Source: Candidatus Paceibacter sp. (GTDB lineage: Bacteria > Patescibacteriota > Minisyncoccia > Phycocordibacterales > BOKC01). From it: a stretch of DNA of 64,000 nucleotides. Each line of letters opens with the position of its first letter. Within the stretch, counting starts at the first letter, position 1. Under the pieces are notes generated by a model that did not search any database, was not told the DNA's origin, and was given only the letters and a program-made list of their open reading frames with translations. The DNA lies in assembly GCA_020724885.1 (NCBI GenBank), contig DYGD01000003.1, positions 3,103 through 67,102 of the forward strand, in the 5' to 3' direction. This document shows, piece after piece, positions 1 to 7,034 of this stretch. A program made the translations under genes and the position numbers.

Positions 1-290
1 TTTGTTTTTTGTTGTGAATATAATTTTGATCGGTTATTTAATTCTTAAACACCACAACATCACAGGGTCCGTTCCAGACCTTCCCAAACCGGATCCTGAG
101 ATAAGATTAATAGACCCAGAGGCCATAGATAGCGTTTTATCGGTTTACGAACAAAAACAAAAAAAAATCTTTGAACTGACAGAAAATCCGAGCGAAATTC
201 CAGACCCGTCAATTTGAATCTAGTTAGATATTACAATCAAAGAAGGCAGGGCTTGCCTAGTTGTTTTTTTTAGTCCAAAATGAGTAGATT

Positions 291-362
291 CTCCCCGTAG
301 TTCAATGGATAGAACGAGGGACTTCTAATCCCTAAATGTAGGTTCGATTCCTACCGGGGGGA
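291..362 (+). tRNA. tRNA-Arg (anticodon TCT)
   Basis: 72-nt cloverleaf read by eye: acceptor CTCCCCG/CGGGGGG, D-stem GTTC/GAAC, anticodon stem AGGGA/TCCCT with loop CTTCTAA, T-arm GTAGG-TTCGATT-CCTAC, discriminator A. Confidence 0.8.
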
Positions 363-471
363 CAGAAAACAAGACAACAGGTCGAATGTCGGCAAATTTA
401 AAACCCTTCTTTAAACTCAGAATTAGTTTATAATTAAGGAACAATTATAAGGTGCGAATTATAAAACAAAA

Positions 472-627
472 ATGGATAAAATAGTACGAGATTTTGTTTC
501 CAAAGAACCGAGGCAGTATAAAATGAAGATTGGCAGAACAGTTGCCTCTTCCCTGACTGGTTTTATAGTCGGAGCAGTATCCGCAAGTATTGTTTGGCAC
601 GTCGCCATAAATAATTTCGGTCTCTAA
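472..627 (+). CDS. small hydrophobic peptide (51 aa, or 34 aa from an internal ATG at 523 that has a GAGG Shine-Dalgarno)
   Basis: Short ORF (...GRTVASSLTGFIVGAVSASIVWHVAINNFGL) with one TM-like segment, ending just before the hairpin terminator at 646-675; not in the ORF track because it is shorter than 60 aa. Confidence 0.25.
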   Translation: MDKIVRDFVSKEPRQYKMKIGRTVASSLTGFIVGAVSASIVWHVAINNFGL

Positions 628-645
628 AACATAATCCGAGAAAAC

Positions 646-675
646 AAAAACCCCGCTAAAGCGGGGTTTTTGTTT
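646..675. terminator. bidirectional Rho-independent terminator hairpin (aaaaaccccgc-taaa-gcggggttttt)
   Basis: Perfect GC-rich stem flanked by A-run and T-run; lies immediately 3' of rpsT on the minus strand and 3' of the small + ORF. Confidence 0.75.
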
Positions 676-685
676 ATCCTTCCAC

Positions 686-943
686 TTATTTAGTTAACAT
701 CGCCGCCATTTGGGACTTTTTTCTAGCCGCCCTGCTTTTACTGATAACTTTCCTTTTCGCCGCCTTATCTATGGCTTTATAGGCCTTAGACAGCAGTTCT
801 CTGACTTTCTCTGGATTTTTTTCAGCTGAATTCTTCTTTACCTCTTTAGTAGCAAGAGACATTGCGTTTTTCCGACGCAAATTAAAAAGTTGTTTTCTTT
901 TTGATGATCTCAGCGCTTTTTTTGCTGAACTTGTTATGGGCAT
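686..943 (-). CDS. rpsT: 30S ribosomal protein S20
   Basis: 85-aa basic alpha-helical protein (AKKALRSSKRKQLFNLRRKNAMSL...KAAKRKVISKSRAARKKSQ) typical of S20. Confidence 0.85.
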   Translation of the reverse strand: MPITSSAKKALRSSKRKQLFNLRRKNAMSLATKEVKKNSAEKNPEKVRELLSKAYKAIDKAAKRKVISKSRAARKKSQMAAMLTK

Positions 944-1057
944 AATAAAATTCTAATCTACAAATGGTATGCTAATCAACGAATTTAAACACTTATTGGT
1001 TAGTCGCTAAAATAGCAGAAATCGCCCAAAAAAGCAAATTTTGTTATCATTAATAAA

Positions 1058-1627
1058 ATGATCGCCAAATTAAAAGGTCCTATAATCTTTAAAGATGAAA
1101 AAAGTATAATTATTGACGCCCAAGGTGTCGGCTACAGGATATTTGCACCGACTCATTGCCTTTTGAAATTCAAAATTGGAGAAATTGGCGAAATCTGGAC
1201 ACATCTTTCAGTCAAAGAAACTTCTCTGGAAATTTTCGGGTTTATTTCCCAATCGGAGCTTAATTTTTTTGAACTTTTGATTTCAATTTCCGGCATTGGC
1301 CCAAGATCAGCTCTCGGAATCCTAAACATCGCCGAAATAGAATCCCTAAAAAAAGGAATTTCGGAAGGCGACATTACTTATCTGACCAAGGTCTCCGGCA
1401 TTGGCAAAAAAACCGCCGAAAAAATTGTGGTGGAATTAAAAGACAAACTGGGCGCCAAGGACTCGCAAGTCGGCTCAACTAAAGAAGACGTGGAAGTGGT
1501 GGAAGCCCTGAAAGCTCTTGGTTATTCCCAAGAAGAAGCTAGGAGCGCTTTGAAAAGAATATCGGCCGAAACAGAAGGCACTTCGGCAAAAATAAAAGAA
1601 TCATTAAAAATTTTAAGCGGGCAATAA
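1058..1627 (+). CDS. ruvA: Holliday junction DNA helicase RuvA
   Basis: 189 aa; N-terminal MIAKLKG...IIDAQGVGYRI OB-fold start and HhH segment (GIGPRSALGIL...VSGIGKKTAEKIV) characteristic of RuvA. Confidence 0.85.
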   Translation: MIAKLKGPIIFKDEKSIIIDAQGVGYRIFAPTHCLLKFKIGEIGEIWTHLSVKETSLEIFGFISQSELNFFELLISISGIGPRSALGILNIAEIESLKKGISEGDITYLTKVSGIGKKTAEKIVVELKDKLGAKDSQVGSTKEDVEVVEALKALGYSQEEARSALKRISAETEGTSAKIKESLKILSGQ

Positions 1628-1632
1628 ATAAA

Positions 1633-2916
1633 GTGAATTCAATAAAAAAACTGATACCGCCAAAAGTTTTAAATACCGTTCGCCCACCCTATCACTATTT
1701 TCTGGCTTTAATCGGGGCGGTATTTTACCGTTTCCCTTCCAAAAAAATAAAGGTGGTGGCAATAACTGGCACTAAAGGCAAGTCCACAACGACTGAAATT
1801 GTAAACGCTGTTTTGGAAGAAGCCGGTTTCAAAACCGCTCTGGCCAACACTTTAAGATTTAAAATCGGCGAGGAAGAAAAAAGGAATCTTTTCAAAATGA
1901 CTATGCCGGGCAGGTTTTTTCTCCAAAAGTTCTTGGGGCAGGCGGTCGGGAAAAATTGCGATTGGGCGGTGATTGAAATGACGTCCGAAGGTGCGCGACA
2001 ATTCCGGCACAAATTTATTGATTTAGACGTGCTGATCTTTTCCAACCTCTCGCCGGAACACATTGAATCCCACGGCTCTTACGAAAATTACGTCAAAGCT
2101 AAGCTTAAAATTGCCAATTCGCTCGCAAACAGTTCTAAAAAAAGACGAGTTTTAGTTGTAAACAATGACGACAAAGAAGCCGAAAAATTCAAAGCCGTAA
2201 AAAACACCGAAAAAGTTTTGTATTCGCTGAAAGACGCGGTTGATCTTAAATTAGAAGAAGCAAAAAGCGTCTTTGTCTGGCAAAATCAAAGAATTGAAAC
2301 AAAGTTAATCGGCGAGTTTAATGTTTATAACATTTTGAGCGCCCTGACTTTCGCCAAGGCGATTGGCATTGATTTGGAAAAAACCGCGCGAGCGATTCAA
2401 AAAATTGAAAAAATCAGGGGCCGGGTGGAAAAAATCTCGACAGACGGCTTTGATGTTTATGTTGACTACGCCCACACGCCAGATTCTTTGGAGAAATTTT
2501 ATCGGGCTTTTGAAGGCCGGAGAAAAATTTGCGTGCTTGGTAATACCGGCGGTGGACGCGACCAATGGAAACGGCCGGAGATGGGGCGTATTGCCGACAA
2601 ATATTGCGACCAAATAATTTTAACCAACGAAGACCCTTATGACGAAGACCCGAAAAAAATTCTAGATGAGATGATAACTGCTATAAATAAAGAAAAATTA
2701 AAAATAATAATAGACCGCCGAGAAGCGATTCATGAAGCCCTAAACCAAGCCAAAAACAATCTAAGGGTGTCGGAAACCCTTAGATTAAAAACGGTAGTTT
2801 TGATAACGGGTAAAGGCACCGACCCGTTTATAATGGGTCCGCAAGGCACAAAAATCCCGTGGGACGACGCAGAGGTGGTGAGGGAGGAAATTGAAAAACT
2901 AGGGTCTAGGGTATAG
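1633..2916 (+). CDS. Mur ligase family protein (MurE/MurF/MurT-like peptidoglycan ligase)
   Basis: P-loop ITGTKGKSTTTEIV and the DYAHTPDSL motif typical of Mur ligases; 427 aa; subfamily not resolvable by eye. Confidence 0.7.
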   Translation: MNSIKKLIPPKVLNTVRPPYHYFLALIGAVFYRFPSKKIKVVAITGTKGKSTTTEIVNAVLEEAGFKTALANTLRFKIGEEEKRNLFKMTMPGRFFLQKFLGQAVGKNCDWAVIEMTSEGARQFRHKFIDLDVLIFSNLSPEHIESHGSYENYVKAKLKIANSLANSSKKRRVLVVNNDDKEAEKFKAVKNTEKVLYSLKDAVDLKLEEAKSVFVWQNQRIETKLIGEFNVYNILSALTFAKAIGIDLEKTARAIQKIEKIRGRVEKISTDGFDVYVDYAHTPDSLEKFYRAFEGRRKICVLGNTGGGRDQWKRPEMGRIADKYCDQIILTNEDPYDEDPKKILDEMITAINKEKLKIIIDRREAIHEALNQAKNNLRVSETLRLKTVVLITGKGTDPFIMGPQGTKIPWDDAEVVREEIEKLGSRV

Positions 2917-2940
2917 CCAATAGCTAATAGAGTTTGAGAC

Positions 2941-2978
2941 AAAAGCCCTTTTTCGCCTTTAGCGAAAAAGGGCTTTTG
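2941..2978 (+). terminator. Rho-independent terminator after the Mur-ligase gene
   Basis: aaaagccctttttcgcc-ttt-agcgaaaaagggctttt hairpin with flanking T-run. Confidence 0.7.
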
Positions 2979-3007
2979 CTGGATAAGAAAAAACAAAGAA
3001 AATCTTA

Positions 3008-3037
3008 TCAACACTCCCACGATCGTGGGAGTGTTGA
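3008..3037 (-). terminator. perfect 30-bp palindrome (TCAACACTCCCACGA|TCGTGGGAGTGTTGA) acting as terminator of the minus-strand structured RNA
   Basis: 15-bp perfect arms centred on CGATCG; on the minus strand it is followed by a T-rich run (AAGATTTTCTTTGTTTTTTCTT). Confidence 0.6.
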
Positions 3038-3039
3038 TA

Positions 3040-3383
3040 TTCCGGTTCTTAAAATTTAGAAATAGAGAAACCCCCGAGCCAGCTAGCGCCAACCCGGGGG
3101 TGATTTTTCGGACCGCCTGCCCTCTTTCAGGGGCTTTAAGCGAGAACCACGTTCGCGCGCGCGAACATGGCCGGTCCTACCCGATCGAATCAGAGGGAGA
3201 GAAGCAGTTTGGCTTTCCTGCGACGCTCTCCCTGCACCTAGTGCTTGACCACAGCTTGACAAGTGCCCCTGACAAGATATGGTCTTCCTTTTTCGATCGT
3301 GCCCGCGGTGACCTGGGCCGTTCGTCCTCACCTTTGCCATGGGCAAGGATTATTAGGGGAACCAGGACACCTTGAAAGAACAA
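3040..3383 (-). ncRNA. unclassified ~340-nt structured RNA (housekeeping-RNA-sized; tmRNA, 6S or other; class not assignable by eye)
   Basis: Sharply G+C-rich block in an AT-rich genome with no credible ORF (overlapping ORFs are R/P-rich alternate frames). Minus-strand sigma70-like promoter TTGACA-16-TATGAT just upstream (plus coords 3391-3418) and palindromic terminator at 3008-3037. Internal hairpins include CAGGGAGAG...CTCTCCCTG, GTTCGCGCGCGCGAAC and CCCCCGGG...CGGGGG. Confidence 0.5.
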
Positions 3384-3390
3384 CTCAATT

Positions 3391-3418
3391 ATCATAGCAG
3401 ATTCAAATTTTTTGTCAA
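3391..3418 (-). promoter_or_regulatory. sigma70-like promoter for the minus-strand structured RNA
   Basis: On the minus strand: TTGACA (plus 3413-3418) - 16 nt - TATGAT (plus 3391-3396). Confidence 0.5.
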
Positions 3419-3582
3419 GCTTTTGGGGGTGTTTTTTCATTTTTCTTTTTTATCACAGCAAAAATACGGCTAAAAATACAGCTTCTTAGTGGACAAGAAT
3501 TAATTGGCAAAAAATGATATTTGGGAATTTTCCCAGAAAACCTATTGGCTAGTGGCCATACCCTAGTGGCTAATTTATTTAG

Positions 3583-3777
3583 CTAACAACCGCATTTCGT
3601 CTCGGCCTCTCCACACTTTTTGCACTTGAGTTTAATCTTGCCACCATAAGCGCAGTGGCGAAAATGGTCAGGGTCGTGGCGAGAAGAAGTAACGCCACAC
3701 TCCGGACACTTAAAACCCTCAACTTCCCCGCCACAAACACTGCAATGCCCGCTTGAAGCGATGTGATGATGTTGCAT
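3583..3777 (-). CDS. small Cys/His-rich putative zinc-ribbon protein (64 aa)
   Basis: MQHHHIASSGHCSVCGG...CPECG...CKKCGEAETKCGC: four CxxC-type pairs; divergently arranged with the GIY-YIG gene. Confidence 0.5.
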   Translation of the reverse strand: MQHHHIASSGHCSVCGGEVEGFKCPECGVTSSRHDPDHFRHCAYGGKIKLKCKKCGEAETKCGC

Positions 3778-3825
3778 GATAATATTATACTACTTCATCC
3801 TCTCAAAATTTTTGGCTGTGGAATT

Positions 3826-4089
3826 ATGCAATACCTTTACATTCTAAAAAGCACTGTGGATGATGAGTTGTATGTCGGTTGCACAAATAATCTCAAGAAA
3901 AGGATAGAATTGCATAATTCCAAGAAAGTATATTCAACAAGCAGTAGATGTCCATTTGAGCTGATATACTATGAGGCGTATTTGAACAAAAAAGACGCTT
4001 TCGCAAGAGAGCAATTTTATAAGTCCGGCTGGGGAAGAAAGCATATCAAGAAAATTCTTGCTAATTACTTTCACAGCCAAAAAATTTAG
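3826..4089 (+). CDS. GIY-YIG nuclease superfamily protein (YhbQ/UPF0213-like)
   Basis: MQYLYILKSTVDDELYVGCTNNLKKRIELHN...FELIYYEAY...AFAREQFYKSGWGRKHIKK matches the GIY-YIG core; start moved to the internal ATG at 3826 (ORF track starts at 3763). Confidence 0.7.
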   Translation: MQYLYILKSTVDDELYVGCTNNLKKRIELHNSKKVYSTSSRCPFELIYYEAYLNKKDAFAREQFYKSGWGRKHIKKILANYFHSQKI

Positions 4090-4097
4090 GAGGACAA

Positions 4098-5030
4098 GTG
4101 CCCGAACTGCCAGAAGTCCACACAACCGCAAAAATGTTAAACGACCTCCTGCCCGGGCGGAAGATTTTGGATGTCTGGAGTAGCTACGGAGGAGTAATTC
4201 ATCGCGGAAAAAATCACATTAAAAACAAAAAATATTTTTCTCAATTTCGAAAAAAAGTCGTTGGAGAGAAAATTGAGAGTGTAAACCGAAGAGGTAAAAA
4301 CGTTTTGATTCATCTTAACAAAAACAAAACAATTTTAGTCCATATGAAAATGACGGGGCACCTGCTTTTTGGCAAATACCAAAAAGCAGGTGCCGAAACA
4401 AAAAAACCGGAGGGTTGGGAGAAAGAACCTTGGTTTCCTATAAAAAACAAAGCGCTCCAAGACCCTTTTAACCGCTTCATCCGGCTCGTCTTCACTCTTT
4501 CAAACGGGAAACACTTAGTGCTTTCCGATGTCCGCAAATTCGCCAAGGTTTGCTTGATTGAAAAAGGCGAAAAAACCGACTTAGACGACCTTGGTCCCGA
4601 ACCGCTAGACAAAAATTTTAATTTTGAAATTTTCAAAACAATAATACTTCATCGCCCAAATAGTCCGATAAAAAGTGTCCTGATGGATCAGGGTCTAATC
4701 GCGGGAATTGGAAATATCTATTCGGATGAAATTTTGTGGCTTTCGGGAATTCATCCGGAAAGCAGAGTTTCAAAAGCGCCCGAAGAAAAACTGAAGTTGA
4801 TTTTTAAAAATATAAAACTGCTTTTGGCCAAAGGGATTAAATTTAAAGGCGACTCAACTTCGGACTACAGAAACCCTGATGGAATACGTGGCGCCTTCCA
4901 ATATCATCACAAGGTCTATCAAAGAAAAGGAGAAAAATGCCTAAAAAAAGGTTGCGGTGGCAAAATTTCAAGGATTGTTGTTGGTGGCCGAAGCGCCCAC
5001 TTTTGCGACAGACACCAGAAAAAATACTAA
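4098..5030 (+). CDS. mutM: formamidopyrimidine-DNA glycosylase (Fpg/MutM/Nei family)
   Basis: N-terminal MPELPEV catalytic Pro2/Glu3 motif and C-terminal zinc finger CLKKGCGGKISRIVVGGRSAHFCDRHQ. Confidence 0.85.
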   Translation: MPELPEVHTTAKMLNDLLPGRKILDVWSSYGGVIHRGKNHIKNKKYFSQFRKKVVGEKIESVNRRGKNVLIHLNKNKTILVHMKMTGHLLFGKYQKAGAETKKPEGWEKEPWFPIKNKALQDPFNRFIRLVFTLSNGKHLVLSDVRKFAKVCLIEKGEKTDLDDLGPEPLDKNFNFEIFKTIILHRPNSPIKSVLMDQGLIAGIGNIYSDEILWLSGIHPESRVSKAPEEKLKLIFKNIKLLLAKGIKFKGDSTSDYRNPDGIRGAFQYHHKVYQRKGEKCLKKGCGGKISRIVVGGRSAHFCDRHQKKY

Positions 5031-5506
5031 ATACCCAAAATCCGGAAGAGTGAGACACCAACGGCAACAGCCACATTCAAAGATTCTTTTTTGCCCTTCA
5101 TCGGGATTTCGGCTATTGTGTCGCAAAGCTTGAGAGATGATTTTGGAAGTCCTTGAACTTCATTGCCGAAAACAAAAGCTGTTTTGGCTTTTGGTTTGAT
5201 TTTTTTATAATCAACGGAATTTTTTGCCTGCTCCAAAGCGACAATATAAAAACCTTGTTTCTTCAAATCCTTCAGAAGATTTTCTGCTGATCTAACCACC
5301 TCCCAATCAACACTTCTTTCAGCGCCAAGTGAAACTTTGGTCAGATCGCGTCGCTCGCGTCCGAAACGGTCCTTCGGCGCTGGAGTTATGCCGGCCAAAT
5401 AAATTTTTGAAACCCCGCAAGTGTCGGCCGTGCGAAAAACAGAGCCAACATTATGGACACTCCGAACGTTGTCCAAAACAATTACATTTTTTTTCTCCCT
5501 TGCCAT
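5027..5506 (-). CDS. SpoU/TrmH-family RNA 2'-O-methyltransferase
   Basis: 159 aa; SPOUT motifs VVLDNVRSVHNVGSVFRTAD...FVFGNEVQGLP...IPMKG...SLNVAVAVGVSLF. Confidence 0.75.
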   Translation of the reverse strand: MAREKKNVIVLDNVRSVHNVGSVFRTADTCGVSKIYLAGITPAPKDRFGRERRDLTKVSLGAERSVDWEVVRSAENLLKDLKKQGFYIVALEQAKNSVDYKKIKPKAKTAFVFGNEVQGLPKSSLKLCDTIAEIPMKGKKESLNVAVAVGVSLFRILGI

Positions 5507-5533
5507 TGTGTTTTTTTAAGTTAAAATTGAGAA

Positions 5534-5938
5534 ATGCTAAACCCTTTTCCAGAACTTCTCGCATACGGCCTCTTGGCCCCCTTTATATTGCGGTTAGCCA
5601 TTGGTTTTTTGTTTATCAATTTGGGTTATCTAAAATTAACCACCGAGAAAGACCGCTGGATTTCCTCTTTTAATGCCCTAAGGTTAAAACCGGCGGCTTT
5701 TTTTGTAAAGGCATTAGCGCTAGTTGAAATAATTGGCGGAATAATGCTTGTTGCCGGCTATCGCACCCAAATCGCCGCTTTGGTTTTGGCGCTTTTGGTT
5801 TTCTCGGAACTTTACGTTGAATATAAAGAAGAATCCGTTTTAAAAAGAAACCTGGTTTTCTATCTTTTGGTTTTTGCGATTTGTCTCTCTCTTCTCTTCT
5901 CCGGCGCCGGATTTTTCGCTTTTGATTTGCCACTGTAA
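5534..5938 (+). CDS. DoxX family membrane protein
   Basis: 134 aa, four hydrophobic helices, LRLAIGFLFINLGYLKL and ALVEIIGGIMLVAGY motifs typical of DoxX. Confidence 0.65.
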   Translation: MLNPFPELLAYGLLAPFILRLAIGFLFINLGYLKLTTEKDRWISSFNALRLKPAAFFVKALALVEIIGGIMLVAGYRTQIAALVLALLVFSELYVEYKEESVLKRNLVFYLLVFAICLSLLFSGAGFFAFDLPL

Positions 5939-5943
5939 GAACC

Positions 5944-6043
5944 TATACAACCGACAACCTCTACGACCTATACAACAAAAACCTTGAATTTTCTGATTTG
6001 TTTGATATATTTTTGTCGTTAGTTGTTGGTTGTATAGGTTTTT
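5944..6043 (+). terminator. imperfect long hairpin plus T-run after doxX
   Basis: cctatacaaccgacaac ... gtcgttagttgttggttgtatagg followed by ttttt; also contains the direct repeat cctatacaac x2. Confidence 0.4.
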
Positions 6044-6116
6044 CCGCCCATAGCTCAATTGGTAGAGCAGTTGCCTTTTAAGCAATTGGTTGTAGGTTCG
6101 AGTCCTACTGGGCGGA
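6044..6116 (+). tRNA. tRNA-Lys (anticodon TTT)
   Basis: Acceptor CCGCCCA/TGGGCGG, D-arm GCTC-AATTGGTA-GAGC, anticodon loop CTTTTAA, T-arm GTAGG-TTCGAGT-CCTAC. Confidence 0.8.
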
Positions 6117-6127
6117 CAATTTAGAAA

Positions 6128-6823
6128 TTAAATTCTCAAAATAAATTGTTCCAGACCGGTGGCGAAATCTTTTTGACCCAAGTGGGACCGGTGATAAAGC
6201 TCAACCAAATCGGTTGAGTGCGTTTTTAATTCCTCGTCGGTAAAATTCTTGGAAAACTCTTTGGCTTTCTTAAAAGGAAAGGGTTTCAAGCCGCTCTCGG
6301 ACGGACTTTTTGATTCCTTGGCAATTAAAATATTTTTCACCTGCCAAAATAAAACACCTTGAATTTCTTCCGGAGTAAAGCCGGCTAAAACCGCCTTTTG
6401 ATAAAGCGCCCAAAGCTTTTTTTTGTTTTTCTGACCAAAAGCGTCGGTCAAAGAATAAAGGTTAAATGCCTTGACCTCCGGCCGGCTGAATTTTTCAAAT
6501 TTGCCTTCTTTCTTGAAAAGACCGAGTAAATCTTCTTTCAGCTCGGTTTCCAAAAAAACAAAAATATTTTGGGATTCGGCAAAATTGCGAGCTCGGGCGA
6601 CAAGCAGTTCTTTTAATTCCTCAAAAGAAAGGAGGTGGTCCAAAACAACTAACCGCTTTTTTTCAAAAAGCCCTTGGCCTTGAATCAAATTTTCTATTTC
6701 GCTTAAAGAAAAATTATCTTGGTCAAAACGGATAATGGAAACGTCTTGGCCGGATTTTTCCATGAACTCCCCGGCTTTTTGTTTAATTTTTTTAAAATCG
6801 TTTCCGTGAAGTAAAATTAACAT
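6128..6823 (-). CDS. holA: DNA polymerase III delta subunit
   Basis: 231 aa; MLILLHGNDFKKIKQKAGEF... N-terminal clamp-loader delta signature. Confidence 0.7.
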   Translation of the reverse strand: MLILLHGNDFKKIKQKAGEFMEKSGQDVSIIRFDQDNFSLSEIENLIQGQGLFEKKRLVVLDHLLSFEELKELLVARARNFAESQNIFVFLETELKEDLLGLFKKEGKFEKFSRPEVKAFNLYSLTDAFGQKNKKKLWALYQKAVLAGFTPEEIQGVLFWQVKNILIAKESKSPSESGLKPFPFKKAKEFSKNFTDEELKTHSTDLVELYHRSHLGQKDFATGLEQFILRI

Positions 6824-7034
6824 ATGACCGATAGCTCATGACTTATAACCGCCTAATGTTTAAATTATACTCTATCCACTGAAATCTTTGGATTGCGTAA
6901 GAACCAGTAAGATGATAAGATTTTGGTATGTCTAAAAAAACCCTAACTATAAAAACAAAATACGGTTCGTTTCGGTGCGTTTTTGAGCCGGAGAAAGATA
7001 TGGGTGGATACATGGCAGAGGCGCGGGGCGTTTT

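Noticed and set aside
2-217. 5'-truncated ORF at the window start
   Set aside because: Partial, no recognisable motif; not annotated.
3040-3383. tmRNA or RNase P assignment for the first structured RNA
   Set aside because: Partial resemblances were found (GAUUCGAUCGGG; an in-frame ...ANVVLA-stop reading frame; AGGGCAGG). But no tRNA-like acceptor/T-arm ends and no P4/CR motifs in the right order, so it is left unclassified.
3025-3440. ORFs 3025-3375(+), 3083-3346(-), 3177-3440(-) inside the G+C-rich block
   Set aside because: Low-complexity Arg/Pro/Gly-rich translations on both strands; the region has RNA-gene hallmarks (promoter and palindromic terminator) instead.
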